DNA of 64,000 nucleotides, taken from NCBI RefSeq assembly GCF_036365525.1, contig NC_090416.1:14976945-15040944 (forward strand), written 5' to 3'. Each line of letters starts with the position of its first letter. The stretch's first letter is position 1. The notes beneath the pieces are model-generated. The model searched no databases and was not told where the DNA came from. It saw only the letters and a list, made by a program, of their open reading frames with translations. This document shows positions 49,701 to 63,303 of the stretch, one piece after another. The stretch comes from Heterodontus francisci. Lineage: Eukaryota. The position numbers were made by a program, and so were the translations under genes.

Positions 49701-52700
49701 AATGACCATACCATGCACTACGTCATGATGCTCTGCTAAGAATCTCTTTGCAAATATCTCTTTATGGAATAAGGATTTCACAGAATCACGGGCATTCCCA
49801 CATTTATAGCTGATACAAAAATGCCTACAGTAGAAGAACTCATTATTTCTCAGTAATGTTCAGCTCTTCCCTTTCTAAAATCCAGTTAATTCTTGTTGTC
49901 TGCGTCTTGCACATTCCTTTAGCCTTATATGGTGTATGACAGTTTTAAACTTTCATTGACCCTGAATTCTCCATCCCTAAAATATCTACACACCACTCTT
50001 ATAGCTAAGTCTTAATGGAGCCTATCCACTGTTGTCCAACATTACTCAGTACTTACCCACCATGTGACTTGTATGCGAAGAGTGCACATACTCTTTACAG
50101 GAATCCACATATTCATATTAACATATCTGAACCAAGGTTCCAAGCCACTCAGATTGCCCTTTTAGAATCCCTGCTCTCCGTTGTGCAGTTTGCAGGTCAT
50201 TTAACTCATTAGCTTCCACTGGGTGATCAGATTCTCTCAGCCCTAGAAAGGGGTTTACGTACTCTTCGATTTTCATTTCTGATAAATAAAGTTTATATCT
50301 GAAATATCACCCTTTCTTTACCTGGCTGACCTGCTATGTATTTCTTGTCCTTCATCCATCTCTTTCTTACTCTTTACCTGCCTCTCCCTCTGTATCACTA
50401 TCTCACTTTCCAGCTCTCTCGCTCTCTTTCTCTACAAAAATAGAATGTCTGCCGTCTCAGGTGAACGAAAAAGATCCCATGGCCACTATTGTGCGAAGAG
50501 CAGGGGGAGTTCAATATTGATCCTTCAAACAGCATCACTAAAACTGGTTATCTGGGTCATTATCCTGGAACAAAATCCTGAAACTCCCTCCCCAACAACA
50601 TTATGAGTATAGCTACAACTCATGGACTGCAGTGATTCAAGAAGGCAGCTCACCACCACTTTCTCAAAGGCGATTGGGGATGGGCAATAAATGCTGATCT
50701 TGCCAGCGAGGCTCACATCCCATGAACGCATAAAAAAAGAAAATGATCACATTGCTGTTTGTGGGATCTTGCTGCGTGCACACTGGCGGCGGTGCAGATT
50801 ATATTACAACAGTAACTACGCTTTTAAAGTACTTCATTGGTGTAATGTGCTTTGTGACGTGCTGAGGTTATAATGGTGTTCGATAAATATATGTCCTTGT
50901 TTCCAGCTGCATACTGTTGGTGCCATCAATCAGGTGTCTAGAGATCACAGCATGATAACAAATTTCCCCTGTCACGCTTACTTTTTTGAGTATTTTCTAC
51001 ATAAATCTTATATTTGTGCATTACGAAAAGAGAGAACAATTTAATCCCTCATGCATCAATTTCTGTCAGTCCCTTGGCGTTACAAAGCTTATATGGTCGG
51101 TGTTAATACGTAATCTACAATGGTCTTCTCTCGGCTCGAATACCCCGTAATCTACAGCTTCCCACGTGGTGTCTTGGGCTGGGGCAGAGAAGGGGGTCAG
51201 GTTCTTGCTTGTGTAGTTCCATCCGATTGCCACGGGGTGGAGCTACTTCTTGTTTCTGACGCTGCACCTTCCAAGGCAGTAAAAGAGATTGAGGATATCA
51301 TTCTTCTTTCATGGGATGCGTGTGTCGCTGTCAAGGCCAGCATTTCTTGCTCAGAATTGCCCTTGAGAAGGTGATGATGAGCTGCCTTCTTAAACTGCTG
51401 CAGTCCATCTGGTGCTGGTATGCCAGTAGTGCTGTGATGGAGGCAGTTTCAGGATTTTGATCCAGCCACAGTGAAGCAACGGCGATATATTTTCATGTCC
51501 GGATAATGTGTGACTTGGAGGGGAATTTGCAGGTGGTGATGTTTCCGTGCGTCTGATGACTTTCTCCTTCTACTTAGAAAAGGTCGCGGATTTGGAAGGT
51601 GCTGTCAAAGGAGGTGCGGTAAGTTGCTGCAATGCATCTTGTATCTGGTACACATTGCTGCCGCTGTGCATCAGTGGTGGAAGGACTGGATGTATAAAGT
51701 GGTGGGTGGGGTGCTGATCAAGCTGACCACTTTCTCCTAGATGGTGTCGAGCTTCCTGAGTGTGTTGCTGGAGGCACACTCCGCCAGGCGACTGGAGAGT
51801 ATTCTATCACACTCCTATTTGTGCCTTGTTCATGGTGGACAGGCTTTGAGGCGTCATGAGATGCATTACTCGCCTCAGAATTCCCAACCTCTGACTCCAA
51901 TATTTATGTGGCTACTCCAGTTCAGTTGCTGGTCAATGGTAAGCCCCGGGATGTAGATACTGCGGGATTCGGTGATGGTAATGCCTTTTAATGTCAAGGG
52001 GAGATGGTTAGACTGTCTCTTATTGGAGATTGTCATTGCCTGGCATCTGTGTGGCACGAATGCTACTTGCCACTTATCAGCCCAAACCCAAACGTTATCC
52101 GTGTCTTGAAGCTGGACTGCTTCAGTTTCTGAGGAGGAACGAATGATAAGGAACATTGTGCAATCATCAGCGAACATCCCCACTTCTAAACTTATGATGG
52201 AGGGCAGGTCATTGATGAAACAGCTGAAGATGGTTGGGCCTTGGACACTACCGTGAAGAACCCATGCTGTAATGTCTTAGAGATGAGACTGGCCTCCAAC
52301 AATCACAAACAGCTTCCTTTGTGTTGGGGATGACTCCAATCAGCGGAGAGCTTTCTTTTTTATTCCCATTGACATCAGTTTGTCTCGGGCTTCTTGATGT
52401 CACACTCGATCAAATGCTGCCTTGATATCTAGGGCAATCACTCGCACCTCGCCACGCCAGGCAGCATCGATAAAGAGTGAAACAGAGTTAACGTTTCAGT
52501 TCGATGACCTTCCATCAGAAGCTGCTGAAAGGTCAGTGACATGAAAGTCTGGCCAACCTCCCATGATCAGCTTATCCAAAACGCTGCTGCCCCGTGTCCT
52601 AACTCACACCAAGTCCCGTTCACTCATCACCACTGTGCATTCGCTGTCCTGCATTGGTTCCCCGTCCACCAATGTCTCCATTTTCAAATTCTCATCCTTG

Positions 52701-53599
52701 TTTTCCACTCTCTCCATGGTCCTGATCCCCGCCTTATCTCTGTGACCTCCTCCAGCTCCTGCAACCCTCCGAGATCTCTACTCTCCTACAGTTCACGCCT
52801 CATGCGCATCCCCTGATTCCCATCGCTCCACCATTGGAGGCCGTGCCTTAAGCTGTTTGTTGAAGTGTCTGTATGTAAACTCCTGAAAGCACGGTTGGAA
52901 TCGTTTTTCAATTTACTTGTATTATATTTGGTGAATCTCTGTGCTAATCAAGTTGATTAGGGGGCGTGAGCTCTGTGAAAAGTGACACAGGCTGGAGAGC
53001 TTTTCCCTAGAAAAAAGAAGACTGAGGGATAGTCTGATAGAGGTCTTTAAAATTATGAAGGGTTTGACAGGGTAGACGTAGAGAACATGTTTCCACTTGT
53101 GGGGGAGACAAAAACCAGCGTCCACAAATGTAAGATAGTCACTAATAAATTCAACCAGGAATTCAGGTGAAACTTCTTTCCCCAGAGTGTGGTGAGAATG
53201 TGGAACTCGCTACCACAGGGAGTGGTTGAGGGGAATAGCAGGGATGCATTTAAGGGGAAGCTGGATAAACAGACGAGGGAGAAAGGAATAGAAGGATATA
53301 ATGACTGGCTGAGAGGAAGCGGGGTTGGAAAGAGGCTCGTGTGGAGCAGAAACAACAGCATGAATCAGATAGGCTGCATGGGCGGATTCTGTGCTGTAAA
53401 TGCAACGTATGTCTGTGTAATTTTAACACTATTTCTCAAGTTAAATGACGACACATTGTGCCCCCTACTGTCCTTTGGAGGCTGTTGAACCGGCATTGAT
53501 TGCTGTTGAATCCTGAGCAGTTTGGGATGCTTTAAAACATATTCACACGGGACCAAATAATTGAAAGAGACTTTTAGTGTTGTCACACCGGTGAACCAT

Positions 53600-54890
53600 T
53601 CAACTCTCCTTCAACACGTCACGATTGTGGAGTCCCCAGTTCAAGCATCGGCCTCACTGGCACTCTTGCGTAGTGACTTCGAATCAGAAAGCACCATTGG
53701 CTCCTGATAGCCCTTTGCTCCTGGGTCCAGCTAGCTCCAAACACCAACTGCTGGCACTTTTCTCTCTCTCTTTCTCTGCTTCACCTCAGCTGCTTCAAAA
53801 ACACCAACCCCGCTGGGGACTGAAAACAGCTGTCACTGCTGCGGTGTGTCTGTGCCTTTCTCACCAGCTGGTGTCACCCATTCTAAACGTACATCAATGC
53901 CCACAGACATGAGAGCATCTGTGCTGGTGGAGGGCGCGATGGACTGATTCAATAGTTCCTCCTCAGGTGGCAGCTCCACTTCTGAGGTCTCAGGTGGCTC
54001 CGATGCCCTCGCTGGCGCCTCATCCGCTACTGGTCCTGTGGGAAAGCTGAGAGTGGTGTTAACAACCTCCATATCCGCCCACATTCTCCTTCCCATCATC
54101 CAAAGCTTCATGTGATTATCAAGGGCCACAGAGACATCACTGCAAACACTAGTGAAAGGTTTGGCACCATAACCATCGCTGTTCTCACTCTGTCTGGGTT
54201 CAACACCCACCTCACCTCCTGCGACAGGCTGGCCTGCTGCTACCATCCAATCTCCATCGCTTCCTCCTCCAATTACATTATTAGAGTACTCTCCGGCTCA
54301 TTGCACATAGTGGTTCCTGGTGACTCCCTGTATATGGGTCGGTCATTGTGCTTCCCATCCCATGGCCGCCATTTAAGACAGGCAGAGCTGCCACTTTGTC
54401 ATCATGCATGCCACTTACCTTGTCAGACGTCACTGGGTCATTGAAGCTCTTCCACCTCTGCACCCATGTTTGCCTGACCACACCGCAGCTGCGGACTTCC
54501 TGGGCCACCCCCAGCCAGACCTTCTTTCTGAGACTTTCTCACCTCCACCTACTGTCCCCTGGGAACAGAACCTCTCTCTGTTCTCTCGCCACGGGCAGGA
54601 GCACCTGCAGGGAGGTTTCACCGAAATGCGGAGCAACTGTTCCACTCACTGCAGCCATTCCACTACACGGCCCCTTCCGCTAGACCCCTCCCTCTGCCTT
54701 CTCTATGAGCAGCTAGTATGAAGGCTGCAGACTGGCGTTTACAAATGGCAGCGTTAACCTCCCTACCGGGACTAGCTCCCGCAATTCATCCGTTATTGGC
54801 CGGCTCCCCCGCCCACCGGTTTCTAATTGCTCACATAGCCGAAGATCAGCGCTTTCCCGCCACCCGCCCGCGGGGCTGCGTGACCAGCAA
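53600..54890 (-). mobile_element. PIF/Harbinger-type transposon remnant (Myb/SANT-like accessory protein, disrupted)
   Basis: From ATG 54658: MAAVSGTVAPHFGETSLQVLLPVAREQREVLFPGDSRWR*ESLRKKVWLGVAQEVRSCGVVRQTWVQRWKSFND. Absent from arm Y. Confidence 0.7.
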
Positions 54891-56549
54891 ATGACCCTGG
54901 TGTTGGGGCTTCATGTCATTTGGGAAAATCCAGCCCATTGCTTTTCCGGATGAGCGGTAAAAATGTTTGATGAAGGCCGTGTTTTGGATGATATAGAATC
55001 ACAGAATTGTTACAGTACCGAAGGAGGGCATTCGGCCCATCGTGTCCATGTTGGTTCTCTGTAACAGCTGCTTAGCTAGTCCTACTCCACTTTCCTCTGA
55101 GACCTGTAAACTTTTCTCTTTAGATAACTAACCAATTCATTCATTCTATATGAAATTTATGCAAATATATTATATATTTGACAAAGTACTTCATAACAGA
55201 TTTATTCTGAAAAGAGCACATTGTATTAAAGGCACGCTGGTAACCTGGGCATGAAATTGGCTATGGGGTAGGAGGCAGAGAGTAGTGATGAACAGATGAT
55301 TTCTGAATGGAGGGAATATGCAGTGGGGTCCTCCAGGGCATCGGATTAGGAATATATATATATATGACTTTGCAAGAAGGAGTACAATTTCGATGTTTAC
55401 GAATGATACAAAACTTGTCAATGCAATAAATAGTGAGCATAATAGTAGCAGAATCAGGATGCCATGCACAGACTGGTGAAATTGTCCAACCAACGTCAAA
55501 TGCAATTTAATGCGGGTGTCTATGTATTATAATGTGTCGTTACTGGAAAGAATTTTATTCTGGAACGGAATAACTCTATTCCGCAAGGTGTGTGTTATGT
55601 TGGAGCACACATGTACAGATACTGTCCATACAATTTTACTATGGATTGGATTTAATTCACAAGAACAGCGTTTCAGAAATTTCTCCCAGATATGATCCAA
55701 GGTGTTCACGTATTCCCAGGAATGGCCAGGTGTCGGTTGGTTCAGTAGAGGATTTCCTATCCTTATTTGTTCTTGTGATTGACAATTCTGTTCGGAGAGT
55801 GTTCAGTTTAGCAGTTAGAGAATGTAACAACCTCCTCTGCTCACCAGTCAGAAGATTGTGGGTTCGGGCTCCACTCCAGAGGATTGAGCACAAAATACAG
55901 ACTGACCCTCTGTGCAGTACTGAAGGAGTTCCGCACTGTCGGAGGCATCGGCTTTCGGATGATATGTCAATCCGAGCCCTCTCAGATGTAAAATAACTCA
56001 TGCTCTCTTTTGAAGAAGAGCAGGGTTGCCCTGTTCAATTTTAATTCCTCAACCAACATCACTAAAGTCGATTATGTGGTCATTAGTACTTTGCTTTTGC
56101 TGTTTGTGGGAGCTGTCTGTGCACAATATGGCTGCAGGGCGTCATACATTACAAGCGTCACTACACTTCCAACGTACTTCTTGGACTGTAAAGCATTTTG
56201 TGACGTCCTGAGATCTGCACTGGGAGTGGCACCCACAACCGTCTGACTCAAGAGGCAGCTGAGTCACTGCTGATACCTGGATGTGCAGTGTTTTAAAATC
56301 CCATTGCAGTGCAACTCACGACCATACTCTGCGAAAGAAGACGGATTCTCATGCACTCATTTTAGAAATAAAATAGACTACAACAAAACCTCTCAAGAAT
56401 TGAGCATATTTCATGTCCGGTTACATAATCAGTCCTGTTTAATCAATTAATCTAAGGTAAATTGATTGGTCAATCTTTGTCGCTTTTTAGAGAATGCACA
56501 GTCAAGCGAATGGTGGGCTCTGGGTTGAATGAACACTGAATGGAGATAA

Positions 56550-56566
56550 AGCGCCCCTAGCGGCCA
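56550..56566 (-). promoter_or_regulatory. CTCF-like motif, duplicate of 9882
   Basis: TGGCCGCTAGGGGCGCT on minus strand. Confidence 0.4.
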
Positions 56567-56869
56567 ACACCAATATTCGGCGGCACAGTGGCGCAGTGGT
56601 TAGCACCGCAGCCTCACAGCTCCAGCGACCCGGGTTTAAATCTGGCTACTGCCTGTGTGGAGTTTGCAAGTTCTCCCTGTGTCTGCGTGGGTTTCCTCCG
56701 GGTGCTCTGGCTTCCTCCCTTATTTGAAAGTCTGGCCATTTTTGATTTTTTGATAAGATCACCTGACGAATGGGTTGCAAACATGTTTACTGACTTGAGA
56801 AACAGCATGGCATGAAGTGTTTAATGTAGCCAGTGCAGTGAGACACATAGAGAAAATGACTTTATAATA

Positions 56870-59300
56870 ATCAGGATAAATTAAACACCTTAATAATGAC
56901 AGGAAGGGCAATGAGGTTGCCAGGGGATGTCATAGCAGGTAGTGAGGAAATAGGAGCAGCAAGAGAAAGGGTTAAAAGATTTTTGAAGGAGTTGTGCAGA
57001 CAACTGCACAAGGTGAGGCAGGAGGTTCTATAGAAACATGAAAGAGGAACAGACAAAGGTGCCTGTTGTGGGAGACAAAGTAATGGTAAAGGGAAGGGCC
57101 AATGGAAACATTGGTCCAAACTGAAGGTATATAAAGACAACAGCAAATGATAGACTCCGAAATAAACACCACCTGGTACGCAAAGAGATACCGGGAATGG
57201 AAGAATACACTTGAGAATGGACAACTCGGGGGGCTGGGAATAATGGTAGTATTGATAGGACTTTGGATTATTATTTGATGGGCTACTAACTGGGCAAGGA
57301 TTGTGGGGAACGAAGCCCGAGCGCGACGGGACCATATAGAGAATTTCGAAAGAGAAGAGATTATAAGAATATAAATTGACTCCTGGATTCCCCAGGACAT
57401 GTTCGGTCCCCACATGTATCCCTCATCAGGGGATACTCACAACATGGACAAGTACTAACACCTGGTGACCACCAGGGCAGTGTATTTAAATTACAGATAT
57501 AACCACTAGTGGCGAATGGGAAAGAACCGGACTACAGTGGCTGTGGGGCCTGATACTAATATCCGGAGAGGAAGAACAAAGACCCGGTGATGGATGCACA
57601 ACGGATTATTGAAAGGAGTATTAATATGGAATATATGAACTATGGGGCATTGCACAACATGTTGGATGGGAAGTGTATAATGGCGAGTAAACCTACTTGA
57701 ATGCATGGCTTACGGTGAAACCGGGCAAAGATGCAGTATGTGTACGGTGTTCCACAGATGACCATGCTAACTGCGTGACCAGACAGAAAGGGGAAGGGGT
57801 AACTGACAGCTGTGTCTTTGGAATTGTTTGTGCCCCTCCCATTGGGCAACAGATGATAAGGAAAGTTGAAAGGAACATGGATGTGTGTGGGTACATCGAG
57901 CCCAGGGAAAGCGTTGTATGATAATGTTAAACATGAGATTGTGCCTGTCCTGGTCAATATTTCAAAGATGCAAATGCCAGGATATTGTATGGAACAGGCA
58001 AGAAATATGAAAAGTGTGTTAAGTAAGATTGTAATGCAGCAGGATGCCGTTGCCATGGGTGCCGTCAGATTTCGAGGTCAGAATCAACTTTATAGGGCAA
58101 AGAGGGGGATAGTTAATGACGTTGCTACTGGATTCAATACCGGTGCCTCCATAGTAAACTCATTAGATATACAAGGTCTGAATGAAAAGATGGAACACCT
58201 TAAAGGAGTAATGAAGGGACTCTTAAAGAGAGCAGAGAAACATCAGGAGGATCAGACCAATCTGGGAGAAGAGGGCATGTAGATACAATTAGACGGAATT
58301 ACGATATCATAGGCACATGCCAGAATCGTCAACCACCTCATAGATAGAGAACAGGAAGATGCCAGAAAATTAAGGCAGCTCTGCCACGCTTATGGCTTAT
58401 GGATGGTCGGACAAATACGACACAATCTCGATCAAATCCAAAGGGGGGAGGTGCCCGATTGGATAGACAGCTTACATTTGGCTCAGCTGACCGAGAGGAA
58501 GGGGACACTGGACAACTGTAAGCTAAAGGGACTTACCAGAGTGTACCCAGTGATCCCAGACTGTGAGTTGGGTAAATCCACCGGAATGGGAATGGTGCTG
58601 ATGATCCCTATAGTCACACAGGACTCTGGGCCATTCCCCCACTACCAAGTGGAAAATATTGAGGTTGTACGTGATAACACCTCCCTCCGATACTATCTAA
58701 CTGAAACCTCTGTATACTTAGAAATAACATACTATATGGAATTTCACTTACAGGATGTAAGCAGAGGGGAAATATTACAGTATGTCCCCACCCAGTGGGA
58801 CAGGGAGAATTGGATGAATGTGGGTTTAATCGAACAGATGGTTGTGTCATAAAGGTCACACCTGCTCCCAGGCATTTTGCAAGGACAGGCTACGGAGGTA
58901 AAGGGAAATATTGCGTTTCCACGACAGAAAGTTTCTATTGTTACAATAATCTACAATGCCCCATCCCATTTTCTAATTTTTGCTTTACACCTTTAGGACC
59001 AGTCACGATAGGCAAGCCCAAATTATCCAGGTTCGGCGCAGAGGTACCGAGACCATTAACATCACCGATTATCTCCATGACCACCTGCAGGATTACGAGG
59101 AACCAGAGCCAGCCCCCATCCCACACCTAGCTGAGGTACTGAGGGAATTAAGGCTCAGGGTGGGCCAATCCGTAAATATCTACCACCAACTGCAGACAAA
59201 AATCAAAAGGTTACAGGAAGATACAGACACAGAATTGCAGGAACAGTTGGTGGGAGAAAATTTGCGATTGGGGGATGAATTTGAATATCCACGCTTGGAT
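56870..59300 (+). mobile_element. Decayed endogenous retrovirus-like element: integrase C-terminus plus envelope/class I fusion gene
   Basis: IMTGRAMRLPGD and VGDKVMVK integrase-like motifs (about 56890-57125). Env pieces with RAKR furin site (58094-58105), GIVNDVATGFNTGASIVNSLDI, a heptad region and a Cys-rich C-terminal part. Many stops and frameshifts. Truncated by a CR1 fragment near 59300. Confidence 0.72.
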
Positions 59301-59309
59301 TAGGATGTG

Positions 59310-59770
59310 TTATCCTGTGTCCAATGAACCAGAACCTACTTCTACCACACACATTAATTTCTCTAATCTTATTTGCTATTGTGGTTTTGCTTCTTAATTC
59401 GGTGCCAAGCTCCTCATACTGACTTTGCAGAACCTCTTTGCTTGTCCTACCTATGTCATTGGTACCTACATGAACCACGACAACTGGATCCTCCCACTCC
59501 CACTCCCTCTCCAGCCCTGAGCAGATGTCCTAAACCCTGGCTCCGGGCAGGCCACACAGCCTTCTGGACTCTCGTTCTTTGCTGCAAGGAAGAGTGTCAA
59601 TGCCCCTCACTATACTGTTCCCTAATACCACTATTGTCCCTTTTTGCTCCCCCGCTTGAATGGCTTCCTGTACCCTGCTGCCATGGTCAGTCTGCTCATC
59701 CACAATACAGGCCTTGCTCTTGTCCATACAAGCTGCAAGAACATCAAATTTGTTGTTCAATTGCAAGGTC
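59310..59770 (-). mobile_element. CR1 ORF1 (esterase) fragment
   Basis: VVLGNSIVRGID, LPGARV, VHVGTNDIG motifs in ORF track. Confidence 0.75.
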
Positions 59771-60949
59771 TTCTTAAACTTTCTTAACCTTGTGTGGTTC
59801 AGTGCTGAGAACACATGTGTCACCCTTGTATTTACATAGCACCTTTTACTTAGTAAAACGTCCCAGACGTTTCACAGGACAACATTCACCGCAGAGCCAG
59901 ATAAGGAGATATTGGGAGGGGTGACCAAATGCTCGGTGAAAGATTTAAGTTTAAAGGAATGTTTTCAAGCAGGAGTTCAGTTCAGTTCTCCCGAGGGGCC
60001 CAGTCCGGATAATGGGTTGTGTTGTTGCAAATGTGTGACGTGTCCAAGAATGTGAGCGTTTAATGGTGTTTCTGAGATTTCCGTCTTGTTTGTGTGTGAA
60101 ACCACAGTCGGCTCTGCAGTGTTTCAGAGCAGGGGAACTGGGCCCAGATGCTGCTGCTCTCTGCTGCTTATCAGCCAGTGAACAGGGAGGTTTCGGTTCC
60201 TCCCCGGGGCTCCTCTCCCACCCGCTGCAGCGAGTGACCACACCACCTGCACCACCTCACAAACAAGCCAAAACAGCATCGATTTGGGTATCAGGAGCTA
60301 AAATAAGGCTTTCAAATCACCGCCAAGGTCCCCTGTTGACAGATGACGAGGGCCTGAGCTGAGTTGCTTTCAGTACCGTTCTCAGATGCAGTCTGGAACC
60401 TGGCTATTCTGCCATGTGAATCATCAACATTGTGGATTTAACTGGACGAATAAATGTTTGATGTCCTACAGTAGCTTTTAAATAAATAAAGCTCTTTTCT
60501 GGATCTCACAGCCATTTCTTGACTTTCACACATAAGAATAAATAATAGGACATTCGGCCCCTCGAGCCTCTTCCACCATTTAATACAATCATGGCTGATC
60601 TTCTACCTCAATTCCACTTTCCCGCCCCTTCCCCATATCCCTGATTCCCTCAGCATCCAATAATATATCGATCTCTGTGTTGAATATACTCAATGACTGA
60701 GCCTCCACAGCTCACTGGGGTAGAGAATTCTAAAGATTAACAAGTCTTTGAGTGAAGAAATGTCTTCTCATCTCAGCCCGAAATGGCCGAGCTCTTATCC
60801 TGTGACTACCACCCCCTTTTTCTGGACTCTACAGCCAGGGGGAAACAGCCTCTCAACATCTAACCTCTTAATTTTATATGTTTCAAAGTGGTCATCTCTC
60901 ATTCTTCTAAACTCGAGAGAATATTGGCCCATTATACTCAATCTCTCCT

Positions 60950-61218
60950 TTTTATTTATTTAGAGATACAGCACTGAAACAGGCCCTTCGGCCCACCGAG
61001 TCTGTGCCGACCAACAACCACCCATTTATACTAACACTACAGTAATCCCATATTCCCGATCACCTGTATTTGGATGTGGGAGGAAACCGGAGCACCCGAT
61101 GAAAACACACGCAGACACAGGGAGAACTTACAAATTCCACACAGGCAGTACCCAGAATCAAACCCGGGTTCCTGAAGCTGTGAAGGTGCGGAGCTAACCA
61201 CTGTGCCACTGCGCTGCC
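60950..61218 (-). mobile_element. V-SINE (HE1-like) inserted in a CR1 fragment
   Basis: Same family as 42721. Confidence 0.75.
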
Positions 61219-62299
61219 CAGAATGACTTCCTTGATCTTCTACTCCACCTCCCTTGCCATAAAGGCTAACAATACCATTTGATTTCCTCATTGCTTGTTG
61301 TACCTGCATATTAACTCTCTGTGATTTGGGTGCAAGGACACCCAAATCCCTTGGAATACCAACATTTCCCAGTTCCTCGCCTTTTAAAAAAATTCTACTT
61401 TTCTATTCTTCTTACCATCGTGGATAATTTCACATTTTCCCACTTTATATACCATCAGCGACTTTCCTATCCACTCACTTAACCAGTCTATATCCTTTAC
61501 AGCCTCTCTATCACCTGCTCACTCCTGACTTTTCCACCGAGCTTTGTATCATCACTGTCTCTCTCTTCAGAGATGGTTGCAGCGGTTGATGAGTCACTAT
61601 CAATTTATAATCATCCCTACAAGAACTAAGGGAGAAGCCAGGCGAATATCGTTTACACAGAGGGTTAATGGACATGCACAGTCTCAGCAGAAACAGAATG
61701 CAGAATAGGTTTGAAAAAGGAAATGTGTAATTATTAATTTGAAGAGGTTGGGGAATGGGTACTAAGGGGAGAGCTGTTACACAGAGATGGCACGGGGACA
61801 ATGGGCCGAATGCCACAGGCCGTCATCAGGTGCAGGGTGCAATGACGGTACCACATTCACCGTTTAATCCACAAATCATCTCGTACAACATCTCCAGTCC
61901 AAAGCCAGGAACTGAGTGAGGACGTCGTGCCTGGATAAGAGTGGGCCCATCAGTGCTGATATCGAATCACTGTAGCAGAGGGTGGGAGATACATGATGAG
62001 GAATTGATGCACTAATTAACATAACTCTGATATCGTGCAGCACATAGCGGGTGAATAGCAGACTACGAACCCAGGAGAGCTCAGACAGAATAAAACGAGC
62101 AGTTGGCACTGTTCCCACGTACTCCCAGGACAGTAGGTGGCACTGCTGACCATGTATCACATGACAAGGAATTCTGAGCGTCATTGAGCTGGATATGGTG
62201 ACGCCTCTACTCCCGGCCAGATTGTTTATTTATCCCAAAAATTGCGCCAGGAGGGCACGCTGCTGATTGTGACTGGGGTTGATGCAATAGAAGCTTAGG

Positions 62300-63290
62300 A
62301 TCATAGAATGATACAGCACAGAATATAACCGGTTCTTTGGTAGATTTATCAAATAATCTCCTGTCCCTGCTCTTTCCCCGTAGCCCTGTATTATTTTTTT
62401 CTTCAAGTATTTATCCAATTCTGTTTCCACTGTTGCTTTGGAATCCACCTCCACCTCCCTTTCAGGTTGTGCATTGCAGATCACAACAGCTCACTGGCTA
62501 ACAAAAAAAGATCCTCTTTCCACCTCTGGTTCTTGTGTCATTCACCTTACATCTAGTTCTCTGGATACCAGTTGTCTGCCACTGCAGACAGATTTTCTTT
62601 ATCTGTCAAAACCCGTCATGACTTTGAATCCCTCTATTCTCTCTCCCCTCAACCTTCTCTGGTCTAAAGAGAACAATCCCTGCTTCTCCAGTCTCACCAC
62701 ATTAACTGAATTTCCTCATCCCTGGGACCATTCCAGTAAATCTCCTCCACATGCCCTCCAAGGCATTCACGTCCTTCCGAAATTGCCGTCCCCAGAATTG
62801 AAGGCAGAGCTCCAGTTGAGGCCTAAACAGTGTTCTATAAAGGTTTAGCATAACTTCCTTCCTTTTGCACTCGACTTCTCTGACAATAAAGGCAAGGATC
62901 CCAACCTGTTAGATTTCATCTGCCACGTGTCTATTTCACCAGTGTGTCTCTGTCTTCTTGAAGTTTATGACTGTCTGTCTCACCATTTACTATATTTCCA
63001 AGTTTTATATCATCTAAAAAGTTACTCCCTGTGTATCCAGTTCTCAGTCATTAATGTAGATGAAACATAGTGATCCCAGGGGCACACCAGTGTATACCTC
63101 CCTACAGGCTAAGAAACAACCATTCACCACCACTCTCTACTTTCTGTTCCTTTCTGACTTTCCAACCATGCTGTCACTGTCCCTTTAATCCTTTAATTTA
63201 CCATTAAGTCAAGTACGTGATACTTTGTCAAATGCCTTTTAAATGTCCTCCTACACAATACCATACTCTCTGCCCTCATCAATCCTCTCA
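62300..63290 (-). mobile_element. Decayed CR1 3' fragment abutting the IgL V leader
   Basis: Antisense KAFDKV and VPLGS-like RT remnants and CR1 3' region. Confidence 0.7.
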
Positions 63291-63303
63291 CTTTTCCGGT
63301 GGA

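Larger units (their letters stand above)
47490..56570. repeat. Inverted copy Y' of arm Y
   Basis: See arm Y. Confidence 0.8.

Noticed and set aside
61876-62184. 102-aa ORF
   Set aside because: No recognisable motif or supported splice structure.
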